From Zootoca vivipara (Eukaryota), in assembly GCF_963506605.1 (NCBI RefSeq), contig NC_083277.1, positions 54,064,001-54,128,000 on the forward strand: a stretch of DNA of 64,000 nt. Reading direction: 5' to 3'. Of this stretch, positions 13,346 to 25,158 are shown one piece after another. The notes beneath the pieces are model-generated. The model searched no databases. It was not told where the DNA came from and worked only from the letters and a program-made list of their open reading frames with translations. The number at the start of each line of letters is the position of its first letter. Position 1 is the stretch's first letter. Made by a program: the position numbers and the translations under genes.

Positions 13346-15844
13346 TGTGGTGCCTCTTTTACTGGTGGCTCATTTACAACGCATTAAAAATGGTTAGATG
13401 AGTAGGTACCTTTCTGGTCTCATGTTCTGATGTTTACTGCTCCTAGTTTCTCACGTTTCAAATCCTAATGAGGAAAATAGAAAAATAGTAAGGATCAATA
13501 GAGTTGGGCTGAAAGTTCTATCTCAAACTGTGACGTAGCTTCAGAACTTGGTGAGGGTGGTGAGAGACTTGATTCTTAACCATACTGCTCTTTCCAGCCC
13601 TCTGTAAGCATCTACATTTGATCTGGGATAGACCATTTCAGTGTTCTTGCTGGTTAAATGAGATAATCGATCCCCACAGAGGGGTTATTCACCCTGCTTG
13701 GCACCAGCCAGTGGAACACAGAAGTGCCTTGCCACTAGAAAGCAGATTCTTTTATAGAAGAGAAACTTACCCAAAGAGCTGGTGTTTAAGACACTTCCCA
13801 CTTCCTCTCTAAGGAAGATCTTAGTGTGCCTTCTTAGTGAATGGATTCAGGATTATGGAAAAATGACTATTGATGATGATATCAAGACAAAGAGAAGAAC
13901 GTAAGAGTCCCTTGGATGAGGTCAGTGACCCATCAAGTCCAACACTCATTCTCAAACTGACCAACTAGATGCCTATGAGCAGCCTACAAGCAAGACTTGC
14001 TTGCAGCCTACAAGCACTATCCCTTCCTGCTGTTTCCAGCCCCTGGTATTCAGAACCGTACAATGCATGTAGCACATAACCACCAAGAAAGAAGAAAAAT
14101 GAATACAGAAGCTGTGGGACTCAGGTTCTTCCTGACTCCAGCCCGACTCCCAGGGATCCTGAGCCAGCTGGACAACTGTATGTTGCTTCCTTCCCCCTAC
14201 GTCGACTACTACTACTACTACTACAACACACATACCAGAAACAGGAGGAGGGGTAAGCAGGTGTCTGTGTTCCTTGGCCCTGGCCTACTAACAGGCCCCC
14301 GACACTGGTCTAAGATTTAAAATATTAAAATGGTTGCCTAGAGCTTTCAAACAACATGGAAATGCTTTTATTTGATGTACCTCCTAAAACACACACAAAT
14401 TGCATTACTTTCTCAGAAACTCTGCCACATGCTGGGAGGTAAATAGATAAAATCTACACCGACTGTTTGTTAGCAGGTCCTTCTGGAGATACACAAAGCC
14501 TTGCCAAGTTTGGCTGGTTACATATACAGGCTGATCATTGGGGATCATACAAAGATTTGACTCCAAAATATAAAGGGCCACATCCAATGCTGCAGCTCCA
14601 CTGGTACACTGGAGCTTCCATTCCAGTTGGGAGGGGGGAATACAGTCGGGATCAGATTTTGGGGTGTGAATGGGGAGGAGAGAAAATGGAAGTCCAATTG
14701 CACCAGCACATCTATGCATGCAGAACATTAGATGCCATCCATAGTAGCAAAGCTACTTAACACAGGTGGAGTCCAGAGAGAAAAGTCCTGCTAAGACTTT
14801 ACTGAGGAAAACTGAATAGAAACAGTATAATTTGAGGAGAAATAAAGAGGTTTTATAGCAGATGACATTTAGCTAACATACAGAGAAAAACTTCAGAACT
14901 ACACAGCCAATCAGGGCATGTACTATCTCAGTGAGCATCATGCCACTCTGCCTGGTTGCTAAGCAACACTACCCATTCCCATCTTGGTTAGGTGACTTCA
15001 ACACTGACATAATTAAACCTTAAGTTAAAACTGAATGGTCCCTGCTGTTGCACTTCCAACAAGTATCATAAAATTTGACGCTTTCAATAAACTGTTTCTT
15101 TAGAGGAGGTTAATTATTGCCACCAATCTCAAAAGAGAGGTTATTAGGTGAACGGTGTTGTGTAAGTATTATCAGCTTTGCAGATACGCACACACAAAGA
15201 AATATTTACTAGCCTGGTTGTCAAGTGCTGACTCGCATCTATATTAGTCATTTATTGTCGCACATTAATGTCCTGAAAGGTGGAGGGAGCTATCTTTCAG
15301 TTTACAACTTCTTTGACTAGCTACCTAGCAGCAGGAAGAGGAAAAAATCAGAATGACTTTGCTCACCTGAGTTTGGCAATCTTTATCATGTTTCTGTTAA
15401 AAATTCACAAAGGAAACTGACTCAGCTGTTTTATTAAAGACACCTTTGTCCCCATGTAATAAATAAGGTGTCTGCAATTGAGTGCAATAAAAAGATAAAT
15501 GAGAATTCCCAAAGTCTAGGACATGAGCTTCTCATGTACGGTGGATGTGTTGAACCTATATTTACTTAATGGCAGACAAATCCAAGGAACCAATCTAGCT
15601 CCTGCAGAAGCCAGTGGCAAGATTGTTTTGCGTTCAACCAGATACAGGGTAAGATCCAAATGACAAGAGATGCAAATGCTTGGGGTTTCAAAAGGGATAA
15701 AGGCAGCCCTTCAACCTGACAGTTACCTCATCAATAATACTCAGAAACAGACTGTAGATCTGGGGTCAAGATAAATTCTACAGCGTGCCTCCACTTCTGG
15801 GCCTTTAGCCAGTGTTAGAAACTCAAATATATACCGGTAAACTA

Positions 15845-16035
15845 TAGGCCTGGGCAACGTATCAATACAACTTTAGACGGCGGTATAGCACAGGTAAAAC
15901 TACCTCCGCTCCCAAGTCCCTCTGCTACCAGCACTGCTTTCAACATCCAACTGCTAGTAGCAGAGGGACTCGAGAGCAGTGGTAGTTTCACCAGTGATAT
16001 ATTGCCAGGTGAAACCGCTATCACTCTGCCCCTCA
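15845..16035. mobile_element. Old palindromic MITE (hAT-like)
   Basis: About 50-bp imperfect inverted arms 15884-15933 / 15952-16001. Confidence 0.5.
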
Positions 16036-16045
16036 TACTGTAGAG

Positions 16046-16439
16046 CAGGCGTCGGCAACGTTTTCCGGCCGTGGGCTGGTGCATTCCCACGGACTATCGT
16101 CCCTGGGCCGGACATGGGCCAGACATGCACAGAAGCAATTTCCGGCACTGCACTGCCCATGTCCGGGGCGCCGGAAATCGCTTCTGTGGCTGCACAGATG
16201 CCGGAAATTGTGTCTGCGCAGAAGTGATTTTTGCCATCTGCGCAAGCGCGATTTCCAGCATCTGCCTAGGCGCCATTTTCGGCGCCACTCAGCAAGTCCC
16301 CGCGCCGCACTGCACCGGTTTAGCACAGCATGCGGGGGAGTTGCAGAGCGGGCAGCTCGATGACAGGGTGGCTCGTGGGCTGGATAAACGGCCTCCGTGG
16401 GCCGTATATGGCCCATGGGCCAGAGGTTGCTGATGTATG
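16046..16439. mobile_element. Non-autonomous hAT (Buster/Charlie-type) element
   Basis: 8-bp TSD CTGTAGAG (16038-16045, 16440-16447); imperfect TIR CAGGCGTCGGCAAC / GTTGCTGATGTATG; internal CCGGAAAT repeats. Confidence 0.8.
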
Positions 16440-16802
16440 CTGTAGAGGGAGGAGCAAGCTGTAGAGCTGGGCTGATGCAGCTTAGTCCTTCCTCGGCTTC
16501 TTTAAACTGCTCCCCCACCCAGTTGAGCCATGGAAAGGAGCTCCAACGCTCCTCCCACTTGCCCACCAGCAAGGGGTGCACTGGGCTGGCTCAGCTGGGG
16601 ATTGGGAGCCCTTCTGCACCCCAGCTAAGCCATGCAAACAAGCTGCGTTGTCCCAGCCATGAGGCGCTGGGGTGAAACCTCCTCAGCTCCTGCAGTTTCA
16701 CCGGCACCTCAAGGGCTGAGGCCAATGTAGCTTGTTTTTTCAACATTGCAGTATTACTGCTGGACCACGATGCTTATCTGGTGTTCGCCTTTTTCTGGTG
16801 GA

Positions 16803-17068
16803 ATTTACTATAATTATTATTCATTTCATTTCTATAATGCTTTATGTTTTAATGAATGAATCTCAAAATGGTTTATTATACATTAAAACAGCAAATAAAA
16901 CAATCCAGAAAAAAAACAAATTCAAGCTTCAAGGAAAATATTTCAGATCCTTCTCTAAGTGACATTTTGCTTTCCCCAGTCACCAACCTGGCATCCAGAG
17001 ATCTCCACGTGGTCAAAATTGGACCCATGCCTATCGCAAAATTCATCCGTCACCTGGCTAGTTTGTAA
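16803..17068 (-). repeat. Unclassified ~265-bp interspersed repeat with L2-like tail, copy 1
   Basis: Reverse complement aligns end to end with 23965-24232. Confidence 0.75.
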
Positions 17069-17993
17069 CACTCCCTTTAGCTACCCACATTCTCTGTTTG
17101 CACAAAACAAATACATCATGAATACATAGAGATCAACAATAAAAAGAGAAAGAAACTGCATGAGAATAAAATGAGACAGAAAGTGAATTGATGTCGTCAA
17201 AGACAGGCCTAATTAAGAGATCAGAACAAACCACCACAGAATTATGGTATAAGGAAGCCTGAGAATAACCTATGCACATGGACAGCTCTATCGATTCACA
17301 CGAAATTGGGGCCTTCTCAAATAAGTCAAAGCATGCCCCAATTACATTTCAGCCTTGCATGGTGCTTAATAATAGTAATAATAGCATGATAACTCCTCTG
17401 CACATAATAGACAGGACAAACAAAATGGAAATAATAGCTGTGCCTCTCTATACCTCCACTCCCTTTTTAAATATACACAGCTGTGTGATTCAGAGGGTGT
17501 GCACAACTTCCAAAGTGAAAAAAACAACCTAGTCAACTGTTCAGATGTACATTACCAAGAAAGATGCATGTCCCATGTGCCTAGATATCTGTGTGTAACT
17601 CTGAAGTCTGTTGCACTACACAAATCAAAATAAGAGACACGACATTCAGTTGCCTACAATATTTTTGTGGATTCAAAGTATGTGGTCAAGAGAGCAGGGT
17701 GCCACTGAAATAAGTCCTAGATAAAAGATAATTGCAAAAATATTTTCTCATAACAGCTGTTGAGTATTTTGTAAATGCTAGTAACTGAAGTCTACAGAGA
17801 ACTTGACTGGCATTAATCCACAATCAAGTTTGCAACTAATAAGCATTCATAATTAGGTCCATCGTTTCTTTCATTTCACAGGATCACAATTCCACTTTAA
17901 ATCAGGACTGTATTGTGATGACTAAAACATTGGAAGAAGAGGTGCTAATTCAGAAGGATGTACACTGCAGAGCTGTTTGCACACCACATAGAC

Positions 17994-18129
17994 CAGGCAT
18001 CCCCAAACTGTGGCCCTCCAGATGTTTTGGCCTACAACTCCCATGATCCCTAGCTAACGGGACCAGTGGTCAGGGAAGATGGGAATTGTGGTCCAAAACA
18101 TCTGGAGGGCTGAAGTTTGGGGATGCCTG
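17994..18129. mobile_element. Palindromic ~136-bp hAT MITE, copy 1
   Basis: CAGGCATCCCCAAAC...GTTTGGGGATGCCTG; perfect 8-bp TSD ACATAGAC. Confidence 0.92.
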
Positions 18130-18603
18130 ACATAGACTAACAAAGCATCTATCCAATGCTAGTCCTACTCAGAGTAGACCAATTCCAAGTTAACAGACAT
18201 GACTAATGCAGGTTTTTCACTTTTAATGGGTCTATTCTGAGTAGGACGTCTTTGGATACAACCCTCACTAATTTTACTTTATCATTACATGTTGAAGGAA
18301 ATGCAAATCTGAAATGAGAAAAAAATACTGAATTCAAGGACACTGTGATAAAACCACATTTTGAAGTCCACACACTTGTCAGCCCCCCCTTAACCATGCA
18401 CGACACTTTACTGAGATAATGAAACAAGGTGTGTTGAACATTCGAAGAGTGCTATGCAAATGTTATGTATTATGACATCAGCCCCAACGCACGCTTTAAT
18501 CATACAACACTGGCTGGTCTAGGATATGTCACACACAAGATAGAATATTTGCTATGACATAGAAAATATAGCCACTTTTCTCCTGTTGTGTGAGAAGATA
18601 TTA

Positions 18604-18859
18604 CAGTGGAACCTCGGGTTACGGCAGGGATCTGTTCTGGAGACCCCGCTGCAACCCGAAAACGACGCAACCCAAAGCATCGAATCTGCACACACACGCG
18701 ATTTAGCGTTTCTGCGCATGTGCAGATGTGATTTAGTGCTTCTGCACATGCACGAATGGCGTGAACCCGGAAGTAACCCATTCCAGTACTTCCGGGTTTG
18801 CACCCGTCTCAAGCCGAGGGTGACGTAAACCAGAGGCAACGTAACCCGAGGCTCCACTG
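18604..18859. mobile_element. Tc1/pogo-like MITE
   Basis: TIR CAGTGGAACCTCGGGTTACG / CGTAACCCGAGGCTCCACTG, TA TSD. Confidence 0.85.
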
Positions 18860-19667
18860 TATCTCCCCATAGAAGAACACACCATAGTCAAGGGCCTCAG
18901 TTTGTGGTGTTGGCTACTTGGTAGCATCCTGGCTTATCCAGTCCTTGGAGAAACAATGAAGAAAAACTGGTTTCTGTTTGCAATTCCAGGAGGGTAGCTG
19001 AGTCTTTTGCAGCAAAAACCACAAAGAGTATTATGGCAGATTAACTTCTGCAGACAAAATGGGCTCAGGCCCACAATTTTGTCCATCTTTCTAGTGCCAC
19101 ATTACACTTTGCTGATTTCTGTTTATGTCACATGTATTGCTGTGTGTTTCCAGACACTAAAGTACAAAGTCATGTATCACTTTTGCTACTGACCAGACTC
19201 CATGTTTGTAAGAAAGTAATCAGGAGGCTTTGTACTTTTGCTCCTATGCCTTTGCATTCTCCTAGAGCAAGTAACTTTACTAGTTTTCTCATAAAGGTGT
19301 TTACCTCACATGTACTTAGGAAACAAAGTTCTGCATTCCATTCTAAATTGTTGGCACACAAACTTTTTAGTAATTATTACATCCGCCAGGGGGTAATTCC
19401 TTCATGAGAAATAGAGGCTGGCATATTGGAATACAAAACAGTTTTATGAAACTTAAGCAGGAACTACATATAAACTGAAGGGGGAAGAGTTGCAGGGAGA
19501 ATTGATAGTTGGGGGAAGCGTTAAGCAACCCTACCCTGACCACCATTCCCTCCATTCCTGTGTTTACAAGGTTAGCATGTACTTCTGCTCTCAATTACAT
19601 TGCTATAAAAAAATTGAGCCTTTTAAATTTTAAAAAATTAGTTGTCTAGTTATCCTGAGTTGGTAAC

Positions 19668-20103
19668 TGTCAGGGGGTCTCTTTACAGAGAGCCCCCTCC
19701 CATCATCTTCACCAGCTCTTCTCCCAGCAGCAGCATCAGTAGCGAGTCAGAAGAAAGGAATGAGGAAGTGAGCAGAGAGGGGGCTCTCGCATGTTAGAGA
19801 GCCAAGAACCGCTCTGAGGGAGAGCAAGGGGAGGAGGACTTGAGACAGCTATCAGACACAGGGAGGCCATTTTCCCCGACGCCCGAATTGAGGCGTGTGC
19901 CCACCAGCTAAGGGGCGGCGCTTTGGGATGCCCAGGCTTTTATGCTGGGCAAAAACCAGGAAGCCATTGCGGGGTTCTGACACGGACTGAGCAGTCATGT
20001 TTGCCAATACTCTTGCACTGTAAATAGTATGCACAATAAAACGCTGAAATACAAGATGGAGTGGAGTGTCTTTACTCAAGAGTAGCCGCAACCTTCTCTG
20101 ACA
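19668..20103 (+). mobile_element. Solo LTR (Gypsy/BEL/ERV type, 5-bp TSD)
   Basis: TGTCAG...CTGACA termini, 5-bp TSD GTAAC (19663-19667, 20104-20108), AATAAA at 20035-20040. Confidence 0.85.
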
Positions 20104-20120
20104 GTAACATTGCTCTAATT

Positions 20121-20256
20121 TAGGCATCCCCAAACTGCGGCCCTCCAGATGTTTTGGCCTACAACTCCCATGATCCCTAGCTAACAGGACCAGTGGTCAG
20201 GGATGATGGGAATTGTAGTCCAAAACATCTGGAAGGCCGAAGTTTGGGGGTGCCTG
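20121..20256. mobile_element. Palindromic hAT MITE, copy 2
   Basis: Same family as 17994; TSD CTCTAATT/CTCTAACT (7/8). Confidence 0.9.
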
Positions 20257-20949
20257 CTCTAACTACTGTGAATGATATGAAATGGGAAATAAAACAGCAA
20301 ATGCTCCTTAAATTAAACAGACACATTGCAGTCATTGTAAAGTGTATATTTTTCCTGTTCACTTCTGTAGCAGAAACGTGATCAACTGCTTAACTCTCCC
20401 ACTTGTACAATGCCCAGTCCAATTCTATGCATGTCTACAAAAGCATATCCCAATGAACTGAGGGTCTAAAGGACAGTAACCCTTAAAGTGCCTGAACTTG
20501 GCTGGATAGTGCCCACCGTTTTTTTTTCAAAATTAAACTCTGAATGTAACAAAGTGCAGGCCATAACTGGACTTGGCTGAGCCTTGCATAACCACCACAA
20601 ATTGAAATGTCGCTATAAGGGGCATCTATTTAAAAGGGGGAATACTGTATCCCTGTGGAAACTTCATCGCACAGAGGATGTAACAGCAGAAAATCAATTC
20701 TGGGCCTCATTTTCCACACCATTCTGAATCCCTCCCAATTTTCTCATGATAAATAGAAAGGGTGTATCAGAGCTTTGAACTAACCCTCTCTGAAGCCCGA
20801 AACTGTATAGCTTCATCCTCTGCAGATTTACACAGAAATATGTCTTCGCGAGTTCAGTTCGGCTGACTCCCAAGTGTGCACAGCTTTACTTTTTCAGAAG
20901 CGCAGACGTGCTAAAGGCCTTGGAAATTCACAGCTGTAGCTGTGTATTT

Positions 20950-22140
20950 AATATACTGCAACCTTTGGCTTCGTTTCTCGTTCTCGAAATACGTGCTGCC
21001 TTTTACTCGGCAGGGCGGCGCCGTTAAACTAAACGGAATGGATTTCACTTGCGACTAAAAATGCTTTGGAGAGGGCTGCACCCCTCCACCAACCACCCAC
21101 CCAGGAGGGCGGGCTTCCTATTCCTGCATGCACGTGCCAATGCTTTCGGTCCTTTGCCAAGCACAAGCTACCGTGACGAGGCAAAGCAAACGGGAGGAGG
21201 AGGAGATCCTGTGGGTGACGCCGCCACTCCGCCAAGCGGCCAGACCAGCTTCCTAATCTGCTCGCCAACGACCATTGCGCTTTGGGCCGCAAGAGCCGCG
21301 CCCTACCCGGCCGCTTTTTCCTCACAGCCGGGACGCCTCCTAAGCCCCCGCCTCCCAGGCGCCTCTTTGTCCCGCCCCCACTCCCGCGCTTCCCGGCGCA
21401 GACGCCGCAACCCGATGCATGCTGGGATTCGCAGTCCTCTCGCCGCGGGCAGCACCTGCCGCGCGCTAGAGCCGAGCCTCCATTTCCCGGCGTGCCCCGC
21501 GCAACTCATAGAACAGCCACGCGTGCGCAGCTGTGCTGTTTGTTTGCGTCTGAGCGGATCCCTGCTGAGGAGCGGAGTGCTGGCCTGGAGAGGGAAGTGG
21601 CGGCGAGAAGGCTCCTGGGAGTCGGCCTCAACCAGAGCGGCCGAGGCCCCGGCTTCCGGAGGCGACCAGGCCGAAGCGAGGCCTTCCCTGAGCGGCCCCC
21701 GCCCCCGCCGGCGGGCTGAATGGGGCTTGCGCGGGGCTCGGCTGCGGGAGGGAGCGAGCTGCGCCTCCGCTTTGCCCGTCCCGTGAGCTCCGGAGCGCGC
21801 GCCTCTCTCGCTCCGCTCCGCTAAGGAAGCCGCCCTCGGTGGGTGCTGCAGGGCCGCGCTTGTGCGGCGGGGAGAGGGTGCAGCGGTCCCTCCTCGGGAG
21901 CAAAGGAAAGTAGGGCGCGAAGGTGCCCATGTTTCCCATTCGGGACGAAGCCGGATAAAAGGCCTTTCCTTCCTCCTCCTCCTCCTCCATACAGAGCTGC
22001 CTGTGGCTTAAGCAGCTGTCGCCTCCGTTTGGGCGATCCGTGGAAGGCGGCGATGGAATCGACCGCGAATCCGTGCTAAGGAAAAGAAAGGGGGTTTTCC
22101 GGGCCACCAACAACGCCTTAACCCCTCGCCCCTCAAGCGA
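20950..22140 (+). promoter_or_regulatory. TMEM115: CpG-island promoter / 5' UTR of TMEM115
   Basis: CpG-dense; GC boxes (CCCGCCCC), ZNF143-like GCATGCTGGGATTCGCAGTCC at 21417-21437, ETS-like GGAAGTG near 21593. Confidence 0.8.
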
Positions 22141-22193
22141 AGACTCTTGGACCTTGGACCCTGACTCGTGGGGCAGGGCTTGTGGGTATAAAG

Positions 22194-23047
22194 ATGAACA
22201 GATACCTCCCAGTAGCTCGGCAACACTTCTTGGCTGCTCTGGCCAGCACCAGTGTCGTGGTGAAGTCCATATGTGCCATCGTCATCTTGCTCTACTTTCT
22301 CTCCTTTGCTGTGGACACTGTGTATGGGCTCGGGGTGACGCCTGGGTTTCTCTTCCCGCCCAACTTTTGGATTTGGACATTAGCAACCCACAGTGTGGTG
22401 GAAGAACACATCTGGGATGTAGGTGTGAGCCTGGCTACTATAGTGGTGGCAGGGAGGCTGCTGGAGCCACTATGGGGAGCCCTGGAGCTCTTGATCTTCT
22501 TTGCAGTGGTGAATGTATCAGTGGGGCTTCTGGGGGCCTTTGCTTATCTTCTCACCTATATGGCATCATTCAATCTTTCTTACCTGTTTACCATTCGCAT
22601 CTATGGCATGTTGGGCTTCCTTGGTGGTGTCTTGGTGGCTCTCAAACAGACCATGGGTGACAGTACTGTCTTGAAGGTACCTCAGGTACGGATGAAGGTT
22701 GTTCCCATGCTTTTGCTCCTGATCCTGGCGGTTCTGAGATTGACCACCCTCATCGAAAGCAATGTCTTGGCCTCTTATGGTTTTGGAGTCCTCTCCAGTT
22801 GGATATATCTCCGTTTTTACCAAAGGCACAGCCGAGGACGTGGTGATATGTCAGACCACTTTGCATTTGCCACATTTTTCCCTGAGATCCTACAACCAGT
22901 AGTTGGCTTCCTAGCCAACCTTGTGCACAGCATCTTGGTCAAAGTGAAAGTCTGTCGAAAAACAGTGAAACGTTATGATGTTGGTGCCCCTTCATCTATT
23001 ACTATCAGCCTACCAGGAACAGATCCTCAGGATGCTGAACGGAGAAG
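22194..23047 (+). CDS. TMEM115: Transmembrane protein 115, coding exon 1
   Basis: ATG 22194 MNRYLPVARQHFLAALASTSVVVKS...TPGFLFPPNFWIWTL...RGRGDMSDHFAFATFFPE...PQDAERR|gtaata; multi-pass rhomboid-like Golgi protein. Confidence 0.96.
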
Positions 23048-23279
23048 GTAATATTCCTGCAATATAAAACTTTCTGGAGACTACATATATCCACTGTTGA
23101 ATATTGGTGAGAAGGAAATGGAGAAGTAATCTAATTCAATATTTTAAAAGTGTCTTCCATATTGCTGGTATTCCATTTGTGCCTATCAGGATCTTTAAAA
23201 AATAATAATTCTGGGGATTCAAGATTTCTTTGAAGCTCAGTGTGCTTGTTCTGTCTTTGTATAGGAGTAGCCCAGTTGT

Positions 23280-23640
23280 GCGGGACGCGGGTGGTGCTGT
23301 GGTCTAAACCACAGAGCCTAGGGCTTGCCGATCAGAAGGTTGGCGGCTCGAATCCCCACAGCGGAGTGAGCTCCCATTGTTTGGTCCCAGCTCCTGCCCA
23401 CCTAGCAGTTCGAAAGCATGTCAAAGTGCAAGTAGATAAATAGGTACCGCTCTGGTGGGAAGGTAAATGGCATTTCTGTGTGCTGCTCTGGTTCGCCAGA
23501 AGCAGCTTAGTCATGCTGGCCACATGACCTGGAAGCTGTCTGTGGACAAACGCCGGCTCTCTCGGCCTATAGAGCGAGATGAGCGTGCAACCCCAGAGTC
23601 GTCCGCGACTAGACCTAACGGTCAAGGGTACCTTTACCTT
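23280..23640 (+). mobile_element. Sauria SINE, full length
   Basis: GGGACGCGGGTGGTGCTGTGGTCTAAACC head, (ACCTTT)n tail, 12-bp TSD TAGCCCAGTTGT (23268-23279, 23641-23652). Confidence 0.9.
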
Positions 23641-23964
23641 TAGCCCAGTTGTAGTCAGCAGGCTGATGTACTTAGTATGTCCTTATGCACCCAGTGATTC
23701 AGCAAACAGTACGTGCTGGGCTGTCCCTGCAGGGAACACTTGTCTGGTACAATTCCTTCATGTCACTTCAGATGTGTATGCAAACAGATGGGAAACGTGA
23801 ACATAGGAGTTGATAGTTTGAGGTCTCCATGTTAAGTTTCCCCCATGTACTTGCATAGGTACTTGTCTCCCTTTTACACATTGCAGAAACAACATGGTGC
23901 TGTGGAAATGCAGGGGTTGTCTGTAGCAGATTTTAGAAAATCTGTAAATACACCACAAACAGTA

Positions 23965-24232
23965 TTAGAAACTAGCCAGGCAACAGGTGCATCTTATGAC
24001 TAGTGTGGATCCAATTGCGACCACATGGAGATCTCTGGATGCCAGGTTGGTGATCGGGAAAAGCAAAATGTCACTTAGAGAACGACCTGAGATATTTTCC
24101 TTGAAGCTTGAATTTGTTTTATTCTGGATTGTTTTGTTTGATGTTATAATATGTAGTAAACCGCTTTGAGTTTCATTCTTTAAAATATAAAGCAATGTAG
24201 AAATGTAAGTGATAATAATAGTAATAAATTCA
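23965..24232 (+). repeat. Unclassified ~265-bp interspersed repeat with L2-like tail, copy 2
   Basis: Inverted homolog of 16803-17068; 3' end GTAAACCGCTTTGAG...AAAGC plus (TAA)-rich tail. Confidence 0.75.
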
Positions 24233-24924
24233 ACTGGGGGAAAAGAGCCTAGACATTCCATTATGGTGCCTGTAACCTACGTTTAGCTTATATATCAGAA
24301 ATTCTAACTTTGACTGCAAATACACTAACTAGTTCAGACCTATGAAGAGAAGTTGCATTAATTTTTTCTTTGTGCACAGAATCCATACAAAAACATTTAA
24401 TCCATACAAATACTTGTTTAAAAAACAAGCAAAAACCTTTAAAAGTCAAAACTATTAATATTTTGTTGTTATAATAAGTATATTAATGAGTATTTAGATG
24501 TTCTAGTAAACGTAGGTGTAATTAACTGAATGTGAAAATAGCACTGCTGCTGAAATAAAAACAATAAAATTTACTCCTCTGTCAAACTGAAGAGCTTAAC
24601 AGTGCAGTTCTGAGTTTCTACATTCACTTGGGAGTAAGTTCCGCCATAGGATTGTAGCCAGCTTGTCCTTTGCCAGCGATGCTATGTATTGACACTTAAA
24701 GCTTAGTTCAATTGTAGAGTAGTCATGTTTTTGTAGTCACACTAACTCCAAGAACGTTTCTTAAAAAAAGAAATTCTAAGATCTGTTTTTGGTTCATAAA
24801 TAAACAACCAAAAACTCTTCTTTGCAAACTGTCTAGTTAAACACTGCTAGTGAGTGTCCAACTTAAAATCTTATTGTGCTTTTCATAGATTACTAGCATA
24901 CATTTTAAAAAATGCAAAAGTGTA

Positions 24925-25158
24925 CGGTAGTACCTCGTGTTACGTACTTAATCCGTTCCGGAGGTCCGTTCGTAACAGGAAACGGCTCGTAACATGAAGC
25001 ACGCTTTCTCTAATGGCGCCTCCTGCTGCTGCTGGAGCGCAACTTCTGCTCGCATCCTAGGGCAAAGGTCGCAACAAGGGGCATCTACTTCCAGGTTAGC
25101 GGAACGCATAACCCACAACATTCGTAAGGGGAACGATACGTAATATGAGGTACCACTG
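24925..25158. mobile_element. Tc1/pogo-like MITE
   Basis: CGGTAGTACCTC ... GAGGTACCACTG, TA TSD; related to 43687-43922. Confidence 0.8.

Noticed and set aside
14140-14260. Possible unannotated exon ending at GG|gtaagc with a poly-Leu/Tyr run
   Set aside because: The run is a (CTA)n microsatellite; no convincing acceptor, partner exons or protein similarity.
15979-16581. Several overlapping 80-180 aa ORFs
   Set aside because: They fall in a GC-rich non-autonomous hAT element with internal repeats; no transposase motifs.
21049-22113. Long ORFs on both strands (245 aa, 145 aa, 161 aa)
   Set aside because: Non-ATG starts, low-complexity Arg/Pro/Ala/Gly content, inside the TMEM115 CpG island where stop codons are scarce; no recognisable domain.
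22040-22660. 206-aa ORF overlapping TMEM115 in another frame
   Set aside because: GTG start and shadow of the real CDS; no independent evidence.
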